Source: a virus (Duplodnaviria > Caudoviricetes). Taken from it: a stretch of DNA of 24,211 nucleotides. The notes under the pieces were generated by a model. That model was not told the origin of the DNA and searched no databases. It worked only from the letters and a program-made list of their open reading frames with translations. Positions 1 through 8,061 of the stretch are shown piece by piece; the stretch's first letter is position 1, and every line of letters starts with the position of its first letter. The position numbers and the translations under genes are program-made. Location of the stretch: the IMG/VR virus record IMGVR_UViG_3300017780_001408, positions 1 to 24,211 of that record; one strand, given 5' to 3'.

Positions 1-28
1 GACAATTGTTGACATCTAGACACCCCAA

Positions 29-481
29 TTAGGAGACGGTGATTTGCCAGGTGATGCTCATGGCGTCATTTGCGCCTTTGTTGACAACTGAGAACACCGT
101 ACGGCACAACATGGTTCCAGTTGTGGGGTCGTTAAAGATACCGGCTTCGGTAACAGCGCCAGTACCAGTACCAGCTGGGAAACTGGCCACGTAGGTAACA
201 ACGTTTGTAGACGAAGTTGCCGACGAAAAAGTTACCCGCGAGCCTGAGATCGGAGTTTCCAGCGCGGTATCGCCAACAGCGGCTGCGGTCGTACCAGTTC
301 CCAGCCCCATGTGTGTCATGGCTGCTGGCGAATTGGTCGTTTTGAGCATTGAAGACGCAATAAAGGTCTTGCCTGCGGTAACAACCAAATTTTTGAATTC
401 ACGAGAGTCTTTGACATTGCCTTGTGCGTCAAAAACTTTGACGAAGACGTTGCCAGTGACTGTAAGTTTATCGTTCAACAT
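29..481 (-). CDS. Virion structural protein, tail-collar/fibre-attachment-like
   Basis: 150 aa with NLVVTAGK, MGLGTGTTAA..DTALET and TEAGIFN..GTMLCR motifs that I recognise from phage tail-collar-like proteins; AGGAG RBS; lies in tail block. Confidence 0.65.
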   Translation of the reverse strand: MLNDKLTVTGNVFVKVFDAQGNVKDSREFKNLVVTAGKTFIASSMLKTTNSPAAMTHMGLGTGTTAAAVGDTALETPISGSRVTFSSATSSTNVVTYVASFPAGTGTGAVTEAGIFNDPTTGTMLCRTVFSVVNKGANDAMSITWQITVS

Positions 482-493
482 GAACTTCTCCTG

Positions 494-1315
494 TTAAAAA
501 GTGAACTGAATTCCCACGTAGTCTTCAGCAAAATATGTGATGTCACAATAATCTTGTATCGACCCCACTCCTGCGTCCGACAATGAAAAAGAATCTGTTG
601 CAGAAGGAGCAGTATTGATCACCGCTGCTTCCGTAATCGTAACAACATTGGCTGTAAAGTCAATGAAATCAAAAGAAATACCATCGCCAATATCGGCAAG
701 GTCATTCATTGCAAACGCTTCAGTCAAAAACTGGTCGAAGACGTAAGAGCTTGAGTCCCCAGAAGTAACAGTTTCAACTTTGGTGTCCGGGGTAAAAGAC
801 AAAGACGGTGTGTCTGACAAAGTCAATGTGTCAGAAAAATCCCGAAGAAAGATTAAAGTGACTAGAGCGCTGTCAGCAAAAGAAACTGTTTCAGCAACTG
901 CCGTTTGAAAATCCAAAGCTGAAGAATCACTTGCTGCTAGATTTTCAGTGACGGTGCCAAAAGTAAACGCTAGAGCATTTGAATCGGCAACAGAAATAGT
1001 TTCTGTCTTTCCAAGTTGAGGCGTTCTGACACTGCTATCGGACGGTGTAACAGAATCAGTTTTTGTGGCGGGGACAAACGACAACGCAGACGTGTCTGAA
1101 ATAGCCAAAGAATCGGTAAGGGGTTTGGAAAACGTCAAAACCGAGCTATCGGCAACCCCAATTGTCTCCCCGTTAAACCTGAACAATCCACTTGTGTCCA
1201 TACGCGCTGAAGACGCCAACAAAATGTAAGCAATCTCGGACACTGGCACTACATAAGTGGCAGTCCTTGAAAGATTTACAAAAGTGACGCTGGCGCGTAG
1301 GGAAGTGTCTGCCAT
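494..1315 (-). CDS. Ser/Thr/Asp-rich repeat virion protein (putative tail fibre/spike component)
   Basis: 273 aa with about 9 tandem 18-20 aa repeats [ED]xxxx[SA]D; 1-nt TGATG overlap with upstream gene. Confidence 0.6.
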   Translation of the reverse strand: MADTSLRASVTFVNLSRTATYVVPVSEIAYILLASSARMDTSGLFRFNGETIGVADSSVLTFSKPLTDSLAISDTSALSFVPATKTDSVTPSDSSVRTPQLGKTETISVADSNALAFTFGTVTENLAASDSSALDFQTAVAETVSFADSALVTLIFLRDFSDTLTLSDTPSLSFTPDTKVETVTSGDSSSYVFDQFLTEAFAMNDLADIGDGISFDFIDFTANVVTITEAAVINTAPSATDSFSLSDAGVGSIQDYCDITYFAEDYVGIQFTF

Positions 1316-1647
1316 CAGAAGTCTTCGCGTAATTTGAACTTCAGTACGTCATACACAGTTTGGATTTGCCCGTCGGAGAACGTAATTTCAATTTCACCTT
1401 CGTAGTCCCCGGCTTCGCCTTGCAGCATCACAGGGGCCGAGGCTGGGTAAAAAGTGACTTGCCCGTTTGGCCCATCTGTAATAGACCCGACAACCGTGGC
1501 CTGCAACGTGGACGACCCAACGGCTCGAAAATACAAACGAGAAGTAGCCCCCGTCAAAACAATTGCGGCTCCGGTTGTGCTGTCTGTGATATTACACACC
1601 AGTGCAGGGCGTGTGTCATTCGTGACCAGTTTAATTTTGTCAGTCAT
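1315..1647 (-). CDS. BppU N-terminal-like (Ig-like) structural protein
   Basis: 110 aa; DTRPAL..., GQVTFY, GDYEGEIEITFSDG.IQT pattern typical of BppU_N-like proteins; ATGA overlap. Confidence 0.65.
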   Translation of the reverse strand: MTDKIKLVTNDTRPALVCNITDSTTGAAIVLTGATSRLYFRAVGSSTLQATVVGSITDGPNGQVTFYPASAPVMLQGEAGDYEGEIEITFSDGQIQTVYDVLKFKLREDF

Positions 1648-2291
1648 ACAAGCCTCTGGAATTCAATCGCAACAGACGCACGGGTCAAACCTTTGTTAAC
1701 TTGCGTGCGCACATCCGCCATCACGTCGTTAAATCTCTTCAAGTAGTCAAGAGAGGTTCTGAGGTCGTAGTATGGCTGATTTGGTGTGTTATACAAACGC
1801 GCCCTTGCTCCATATGCAATGTCTTCAAGGAACCGTTCATATATTTCTTCTCGAACAGTTGTAGACGACCTAGTTGGTTTGAGTGCAACGCGCAACTTAA
1901 TTTTGTTGGCTTGCGTAATTTGAGGGTACGGCACCAACTGCACTTCTTGCGAAGACGGCCTGAAGTAATAGTAGGGATTCCCGGCCAACGTGTTCCAGTT
2001 GGTTGTTCGGTAAATCTGTGTCAACTGTTCAACGGCGCGTGGAACCAAAAAAACATCTCCGTACCAAGCTTCAACAATGTCTGCAATTTTGTAGTTGCCG
2101 TCCGGCTCAAGTTCGTACACCCCGACCCCAGAGATACCTGCCATAGGGTCTAGGTTTTCTTGGATGTACCTGGTTTCCTGGCAAAACTCAATACAAGAAT
2201 TGCGGATTGCGTTGAGCGCCACGACTTCTGGCACGTCTTTTACAAACTGCATAACTTCTGGCAAAAACAGGTCGTATGCAACTTCGCTCAT
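1644..2291 (-). CDS. Head-tail adaptor/connector-like protein
   Basis: 215 aa; FLPEV..ALNAIRNSCIEFCQET N-terminus and IAYGARARL..PNQPY C-terminal motif; position after capsid. Confidence 0.6.
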   Translation of the reverse strand: MSEVAYDLFLPEVMQFVKDVPEVVALNAIRNSCIEFCQETRYIQENLDPMAGISGVGVYELEPDGNYKIADIVEAWYGDVFLVPRAVEQLTQIYRTTNWNTLAGNPYYYFRPSSQEVQLVPYPQITQANKIKLRVALKPTRSSTTVREEIYERFLEDIAYGARARLYNTPNQPYYDLRTSLDYLKRFNDVMADVRTQVNKGLTRASVAIEFQRLV

Positions 2292-2974
2292 GACATTGAT
2301 CCAGGCAGAGAAGGATTACGTGGGAGCAGCGCCAATTCTGGCGAACCTCTTGTTTCAGACTGCTCTTTAACACCTGTGGCAGCAGTGAACGTTGTCAGAT
2401 ACATCTGCCCCAAAGCAATCCCAGGAGCATACTCGGCATCTTTGGTGCAAGCCCGAAACAGTATGTAGTCAAGCAGCGGGCCTTGATAGACATCAAATAC
2501 CGGAATCACTTGCGATTCAGACGTTAAGTCAGTCGGCTGCATTGAGTAGTTGATCTCAAGATAGTTTGTCCCGGTGCTGGGCGGGTACACGTAGTACGCC
2601 GTTTGGTCTTGAAGATCGTAAATGTAGTTTGTGGTTGTCGTACTAGCCGTGGCTGTATGCCAATTTGGATTGAACGCATCCAACAACTCACGAGAACTAA
2701 TACGCACAGCACGACCGGGAGTTGTCCCAGTTGTGCCCATATTTCGGTAGACGCCTAAAAGCATCCAGCCGCCCGTAGGCAGCGTCTGTCGAGTACCTGC
2801 TACAAGTTGCACCGCACTTCTTGTGTTTGTAGCATTAGGCTGCATGAGCACAATTTGCCGCAGGCCATCATTAAGCCATCCCAAAAGTTCTGCTCTTGTC
2901 CAGCGAACCCCAGAGATGTCAATAAGCTGTGTGGCAGCTTTGCTGATAATTGTGCCTGCGGTAACTGTACCCAT
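2288..2974 (-). CDS. Head-tail adaptor (DUF6682-like / tail tubular A-like)
   Basis: 228 aa; D..GVRWTRAELLGWLNDG, LVAGTRQTLP, YYVYPP, LLDYILFRA..KDAEYA motifs. Confidence 0.7.
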   Translation of the reverse strand: MGTVTAGTIISKAATQLIDISGVRWTRAELLGWLNDGLRQIVLMQPNATNTRSAVQLVAGTRQTLPTGGWMLLGVYRNMGTTGTTPGRAVRISSRELLDAFNPNWHTATASTTTTNYIYDLQDQTAYYVYPPSTGTNYLEINYSMQPTDLTSESQVIPVFDVYQGPLLDYILFRACTKDAEYAPGIALGQMYLTTFTAATGVKEQSETRGSPELALLPRNPSLPGSMS

Positions 2975-2982
2975 GCGTTACC

Positions 2983-3222
2983 TCACGTTACAGCCAATGC
3001 TGCAACAATTGCAGGAACTTGCGTTCCAGCCCATGCGCCCTGTGCGGCCAAATTGGCTTGAGTGTCAGTACCCGCATCAAGGGTAGTAATCGCTAAAGCC
3101 TCGACGTACGAGAACCCAGCAATTACCAGACCATCAATGTTAGAGGTAGTGTCTTCAAGAACAACTTGTTGTGCCTGCGGCAGAGACAAACCACTGGCGA
3201 TCAGATCGTCAATTATAGCCAT
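2983..3222 (-). CDS. Small acidic protein with three helical repeats (possible capsid-associated protein)
   Basis: 79 aa; AGGAGG RBS; repeats DDLIASGLS / DGLVIAGFS / ANLAAQGAW; directly follows capsid gene. Confidence 0.65.
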   Translation of the reverse strand: MAIIDDLIASGLSLPQAQQVVLEDTTSNIDGLVIAGFSYVEALAITTLDAGTDTQANLAAQGAWAGTQVPAIVAALAVT

Positions 3223-3249
3223 ATAGCCTCCTGTTTGTAAGTCAACTGA

Positions 3250-3267
3250 GGGGGGCCGAAGCCCCCC
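3250..3267 (-). terminator. GC-rich hairpin after major capsid gene (weak terminator or mRNA stabiliser)
   Basis: Minus strand GGGGGGC-TTCG-GCCCCCC, 7-bp stem with C(UUCG)G loop just after TGA TAA; no real U tract. Confidence 0.65.
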
Positions 3268-3272
3268 GTTTA

Positions 3273-4295
3273 TCAGCCTGCGACTTGCAACAGGGCCAAG
3301 CCGTTTGCTTGAGCGACTTGAGTGCCGTAGACGTTCAGGCCGCGAACCAGCGTACCGAAGTCGTTGGGGTTCTGCAAGGACTCAACCTTAGCGATCTGAG
3401 ACGCAAAGGTGATGGCAGACTTGTGGCCTGCGATCACAGCGTGACGCTTCAGAGCACTGGTCAACGTGGCATCAGTACCAGTGTTGGGGTTCATGTAGGT
3501 CTTGCCAGCAGCGCCACGGGGGACGAGGTTGGAGACATACACGCTGAAGCGGTCGATCATGCCGATCTTGCCGTTACGCAACACGCTGGAAGCGTCACCC
3601 ATGAACTGGGCTTGAGCCAAGTTCGATTGCATCAGGATTTGACGCTCGGTGGGGGTGATGATCAACCAACGGTCGGTCTCGGGCACATTGTTCTCATCCA
3701 ACACGCTGGACAAAGCAGTGATGCTTGACAGAATGTTAGAGGCGGTCAACGTGACGGGAGCCAGATCGGTACCCAGGTTGAACGCGCCAGAGATTGCACC
3801 AGCGGTAGCACCTTGGTTGGCGGCAGCGCCTTGGTTGAAGTTGGTATACAGAACGTCTTTGTCGATCTGAATCTTCATCTGCATGGCGGCGTCGTTGGTG
3901 AACATGTCCATCAACTTGGGCTTGGCTTGCAGTTCCAAAACGTTGTTCACGTTCACGCCAAAGTACTTGCCCTTGTTGATCACCAAAGTGATGGTGCTGG
4001 GAGCAGGCACTTCATAAGCCAGATTCTGGCCGATGCTGTAGCTGTTGATCGTGATGGTGGGGATCGTGTTAATGATCACGGTGTCGCCCATGCCGGTGAT
4101 GTCACCTTGCCAATCGGTGTTGGCGATTTCGCCAAAAACGGTGGCGGCATAGAACTTCTGGGCCAGCTTGCCAGACCAGAGGGCGGGAATGAACGAACCC
4201 GAATAAGCGGTGCCGGAATAGGCAACTTGACCACCGGGGGTGTTGAAACCACCAGAGTTAATCGGATAGGCTGCTGCTGCGGTAATTGTAGACAT
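3273..4295 (-). CDS. Major capsid protein (HK97 fold inferred)
   Basis: 340 aa; FIPALWSGKL, GDI..MGDTVII, LDENNVPETDR, FGTLVRGLNVYG motifs; follows scaffold; biased codon usage; AAGGAAG RBS; downstream hairpin. Confidence 0.9.
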   Translation of the reverse strand: MSTITAAAAYPINSGGFNTPGGQVAYSGTAYSGSFIPALWSGKLAQKFYAATVFGEIANTDWQGDITGMGDTVIINTIPTITINSYSIGQNLAYEVPAPSTITLVINKGKYFGVNVNNVLELQAKPKLMDMFTNDAAMQMKIQIDKDVLYTNFNQGAAANQGATAGAISGAFNLGTDLAPVTLTASNILSSITALSSVLDENNVPETDRWLIITPTERQILMQSNLAQAQFMGDASSVLRNGKIGMIDRFSVYVSNLVPRGAAGKTYMNPNTGTDATLTSALKRHAVIAGHKSAITFASQIAKVESLQNPNDFGTLVRGLNVYGTQVAQANGLALLQVAG

Positions 4296-4351
4296 GGCTA
4301 CTTCCTTCTTCAGTTAAAAAACTTTGATGAGTACCGCCATGCGTGGGTCGT

Positions 4352-5290
4352 TTAACGAATACGGCCTTCGGCTTGGGCGGCGTTGATTTCTGCTTCCATT
4401 TTCACCGCCTCTTCGTTTGTCAACCGGCCTTTGATCCACTCGTTGTAGAACTCCGAAATCTCCTGTTGGGAGTAAATTCGTTTTTCTCCAGCCGAAGTAG
4501 TAGCAGGCGTCGAACGGGAGCGGGTCGGCGCTACTTGACTTTGAAGATTCGGCTGTCGCTGTTGCGTAGGAGGAGCAATCATGTTTTTGTACTGCTTGAA
4601 AATCGTAGCCGTTCTGGCTGCGTCAAATGCCTCATAAGCATTTGTCAATGCGTACTGGCGGGGTAGCCCATAAATGGGATCAACCTCTGCCAACCATGAC
4701 AGGAAACCTTGATCTACGTTTAAGGCTTCCCAATCAGGAACTTGTGCAGACAGCGCAGACAGGAACCGATCTTTATCGGAAACACCTTGCCGTTCACTCA
4801 CGTTCCCAAGCTTGCTCTTCAGTTCGTTCACTTCCGAAAGCAACTGACTTTCTCGGTCGCGGAATCCCGCTACTTTCTGTTCAGTCGCACGGTCGATCAA
4901 ATCCAACAGATCAGAACCAAATGCTTCTTTGTCTTGTTCAGTGATAAGAGTCTTGGCCGTACTCGGTTGTTCGTATGCCTGCTGTGCTTTTGCTGCTGCG
5001 TTCTCTGCGATTAGGGTCTGAACTTGGACATTCAGTTCCTTCATCTGCGAGTGCAAGCGTGGCACTTCTGCATCGTACATACCCTTGAGCGTAAGGTACT
5101 TGCGTTCCCACGTTTCTTCGGATACCGATTTTGGTTGCGGCTCTTGCGAGACATGCTGCTGCGGCGGATCAGCCGGGGGTTGAGGGTCTAAATTTGGAAC
5201 AGTCTCCGTGTTATCGGTCTGTCCTGTCATTTGGGCTACAAACGCATCTGCGTCATCAACTTGTTGCTGAATAGCTCGTGGCAATGCCAT
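4352..5290 (-). CDS. Capsid assembly scaffolding protein
   Basis: 312 aa, P/Q-rich then coiled coil, WERKYLTLKGMYDAEVPRL motif, C-terminal EINAAQAEGRIR; between portal and capsid; AAGGAG RBS at 5299-5304. Confidence 0.8.
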   Translation of the reverse strand: MALPRAIQQQVDDADAFVAQMTGQTDNTETVPNLDPQPPADPPQQHVSQEPQPKSVSEETWERKYLTLKGMYDAEVPRLHSQMKELNVQVQTLIAENAAAKAQQAYEQPSTAKTLITEQDKEAFGSDLLDLIDRATEQKVAGFRDRESQLLSEVNELKSKLGNVSERQGVSDKDRFLSALSAQVPDWEALNVDQGFLSWLAEVDPIYGLPRQYALTNAYEAFDAARTATIFKQYKNMIAPPTQQRQPNLQSQVAPTRSRSTPATTSAGEKRIYSQQEISEFYNEWIKGRLTNEEAVKMEAEINAAQAEGRIR

Positions 5291-5305
5291 ATCTCTATCT
5301 CCTTC

Positions 5306-5410
5306 GCTCCGACTACGCTCTAGGACTCCGGCTTTACGGTCAGTCCAAGTTCGCTTACGGTCTGCTACTTGGTTAATGTTGCGGTGTCGCGCTCCGACTT
5401 AACGGTCTGC
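5306..5410 (-). promoter_or_regulatory. Structured leader of scaffold gene with three copies of a GACCG...CGGAG motif
   Basis: Minus strand GCAGACCG-TTAAGT-CGGAGC (5391-5410), GACTGACCG-TAAAGC-CGGAGTC (5324-5345) and an outer GCAGACCG...CGGAGC (5358-5365/5306-5311) ending next to the RBS. Confidence 0.6.
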
Positions 5411-5413
5411 TTG

Positions 5414-5647
5414 TCACCTACGGGTTTTGGCGACCAGCGTTTCCGCTTGATCCACCATCTCAAGGAAATCCTTGAGTTCGAGGTTCCGGCCCTGGAGCCG
5501 GGACTTCATTTCTTCACCTGTTGCTTCGCCAAGTCTTTCGAGAGTCTCTTGACGCCGCGATTTTAAAAATTCTACCAAAGGTTGCAGCTCTGGGGTGCGC
5601 ATCAGTGCAAGGCACCGGGCAACCCTTTCGTCAACCCTTATTTGCAC
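5414..5647 (-). CDS. Small hypothetical head-module protein
   Basis: 77 aa helical protein with RLQGR motif; GTG start overlapping the previous gene; between portal and scaffold. Confidence 0.65.
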   Translation of the reverse strand: MQIRVDERVARCLALMRTPELQPLVEFLKSRRQETLERLGEATGEEMKSRLQGRNLELKDFLEMVDQAETLVAKTRR

Positions 5648-5829
5648 ATTCCGTCCGTCTTTGCAGACATCTGGGCGTACTCTTTGCCGCCACGTTTGCC
5701 CATAGCGTCGATGTTGCCATCATTGCCGCCAGCGCCTTGAGTGGCTGGGCCTTTGGACATACCGTCAGTTTTGGCTGACTCTTGTTTGTACTCAGCTGAA
5801 CGCTTTTCCATTGGGTTGATTGCTTGCAT
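5638..5829 (-). CDS. Small protein with internal duplication
   Basis: 63 aa; AAAGGAG RBS; two copies of KR..EY.Q.SAKTDGM.K. Confidence 0.7.
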   Translation of the reverse strand: MQAINPMEKRSAEYKQESAKTDGMSKGPATQGAGGNDGNIDAMGKRGGKEYAQMSAKTDGMCK

Positions 5830-5850
5830 GGGTTTTACTCCTTTGTGTGG

Positions 5851-5878
5851 ATGATATACGAGAACTTACCGTTGTCAA
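5851..5878 (-). promoter_or_regulatory. Sigma70-type promoter for the head genes
   Basis: TTGACA (5878-5873) - 16 nt - TATCAT (5856-5851); the portal TGA stop lies inside the -35 box. Confidence 0.7.
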
Positions 5879-8010
5879 CTACCGATTCCGGCTGCTGGTG
5901 CAAAATTATTTGCTACCGGCGCACCGTTCTGGAGTTGTGCTCCTGGCCGCTGTGCTGGAGGCGTACCCCCGGCAGCGGCTTGCCCGTTCTGCTGAGCCAT
6001 CTGCGCTTGCTGCTGTTGCATCATCTGTGCTTCATTTGCCAGTCGCTGTTTGAGGATTTCAACAGGGGGAACAATGTGGTCAGGGTTGAGGTCAAGCGTT
6101 TTGGCCGACTGACGCAGCAACTCCGCAATGCCTTCCATGCCGATGACTTGCTGGACAGCAGGGCTTTGCAGGGCGATCTGGAGGAACTGGTTCTGGCGAA
6201 CCTGAGCTTGTTCTTTCTGCACCAAGGACGCAGCGCCACGAGCGCGGACATTGACATCTCCCTTGAGGTCTGGGTCTGTGCCGTACCGCATATTGTAGAA
6301 ATACAACCGATCAATGGCTGGCTCGATAACCGTACGGTCAATGTTGGCAATCACCTGCTTGATAGATTTGCCAGCGTTGCTCATCAGCATATTCATGCCT
6401 GTAGCCGTGCGGCCTGCACCACCTGCGGGGCTGTCCCCCGTCATGTACCGTGGAATGCCCGTGTACTCGTCAGCCAGGGTGGCAAACTTCTCATAGACCG
6501 CCATAAGTTCCGCAGCCAATGAATTGGGCTGATAGAACTGCATCGGGGGTGCTGCTCCCGCCAGCGGGTCAGACGTGACCTGCCAGACCTTCCAAGGATA
6601 CAACTGTGTGATGTTCTCGCCCTGAGGGAGCCTGTCAATGTTGTACACAACCTGTGGGCCACTGGCAATTGACAAGTTGTTGACCAATGAGCGAGCGGCA
6701 GCGTTACAGATGTCCTGGGTGTCCCGACACAAATCCGCTACAGAGTTACCCCAGAACGCGCCGGGGACTTCTTCGTAGGACGCTTTGTAATACGGCTTAC
6801 GCCCGAGGGGGTCGGCATTAACCACCGCTTTAATGACCCAGTGCCCGACCACCCAACCTTCGATGGGGTAATCCATCAACGGATCGGGAATCTCTTCCTC
6901 GGTCATACCCCAGTCTGTGAGCAGTTGCCCTTGGACATTTCCCCAGAACTGAAGCGCATCAATCAATTCAGACGGGTTCTGCTGCACACCCATAGTTGAC
7001 TTACCTTCAGCCGCAGCCTTGTTCATGTCAACGTAAATCCAGTCGCGCAGACCGCCTTTGCCGTATTCTTCCAGCACGGCGCGGATGGCTCCGTCGCTGT
7101 AACCTTCAACGCCGATAAGGGCTTGCAGGTCAGCACGCGCTAACTTATGGCGCTCAATTATGAAGCCGTCATTGATGTCAGACGAATCCGCAGCGGGGTA
7201 AATATTGAATGGGTCAACCCGCTCCCACTCAAGGGTGAGCATGTCCTCAACAGCAAGTGTGTATTGCCCGTCTGGAGTAGGCACCCACTGCATCTTGGGG
7301 CGCTTGCGTACAACCGGCCCTTTCATGATGGCAGACGGGAAAGTCGTGATGTCGTCCAAGAACTCGGAGAACGCTACGTTCCAGTTGCCTTCAAACAACT
7401 GATCGGACATTTTGAGTTCCATCCGCTCTGCCGTGCGCTTGGCCATGTCCTTGATCTGCGACATAGCCATATCCTTCATCTCAAGTAGGCGCTCACGCAC
7501 CTGCTGGTCAGTCGGAGGCTGGCCCATCATGTACAACTGCTGTACTTCCTGTTCTGCCTGCGCCATGATGCCCTGCACCTGATTTGGCGGCAGCTCGGGC
7601 ACGGGGCTTGGCTGGATCGTCCACGGTTTGTCTTCCGCAGCGGTAACCAGGGTATCTTTGAGCCAGCTGGACGCCGCACGACACTTGTTCGACGTGAGCA
7701 TCATGTAGATGGTGGCGCTGCCCTGCTCGCGCAGCTGGGCCAGTTTGTCTGGGTCGTACTCTCCGCGACGTGCGCGAACAGACTTGAGCATCTTGATCTC
7801 AGAGGTCTGCTGCTTGGCCAGCATGGCAGACATCCATTTTTTGCGGATGTACCCCGCAAGGGCTTGAACAACGGGCTGCGAATTGGCCAGTTGAGCGGCA
7901 TCGCGCTGCTCACTCTGCAACGCCTTCAAGGACTTGATGGTGACAAGTCCGCCGCCAGCCACTGTGACTCCTGGCGCGGTGGTATTCGTAATGTTAAGTC
8001 CAAGTTGCAT
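5875..8010 (-). CDS. Portal protein
   Basis: ~711 aa (ATG 8010; alternative GTG 8019); follows TerL; WERVDPFNIYP, PGAFWGNSVADL, ADEYTGIPRY..G..GAGRTATGMNMLM motifs, Q-rich tail typical of podoviral portals. Confidence 0.9.
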   Translation of the reverse strand: MQLGLNITNTTAPGVTVAGGGLVTIKSLKALQSEQRDAAQLANSQPVVQALAGYIRKKWMSAMLAKQQTSEIKMLKSVRARRGEYDPDKLAQLREQGSATIYMMLTSNKCRAASSWLKDTLVTAAEDKPWTIQPSPVPELPPNQVQGIMAQAEQEVQQLYMMGQPPTDQQVRERLLEMKDMAMSQIKDMAKRTAERMELKMSDQLFEGNWNVAFSEFLDDITTFPSAIMKGPVVRKRPKMQWVPTPDGQYTLAVEDMLTLEWERVDPFNIYPAADSSDINDGFIIERHKLARADLQALIGVEGYSDGAIRAVLEEYGKGGLRDWIYVDMNKAAAEGKSTMGVQQNPSELIDALQFWGNVQGQLLTDWGMTEEEIPDPLMDYPIEGWVVGHWVIKAVVNADPLGRKPYYKASYEEVPGAFWGNSVADLCRDTQDICNAAARSLVNNLSIASGPQVVYNIDRLPQGENITQLYPWKVWQVTSDPLAGAAPPMQFYQPNSLAAELMAVYEKFATLADEYTGIPRYMTGDSPAGGAGRTATGMNMLMSNAGKSIKQVIANIDRTVIEPAIDRLYFYNMRYGTDPDLKGDVNVRARGAASLVQKEQAQVRQNQFLQIALQSPAVQQVIGMEGIAELLRQSAKTLDLNPDHIVPPVEILKQRLANEAQMMQQQQAQMAQQNGQAAAGGTPPAQRPGAQLQNGAPVANNFAPAAGIGS

Positions 8011-8061
8011 ATGCGTCACATCTTTAAACTGTTAGGGGTGTAACCGATATTGGCAGCAATG

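Noticed and set aside
3226-3300. Capsid C-terminal extension by frameshift or readthrough
   Set aside because: Double stop TGA TAA and no slippery heptamer near the end of the gene
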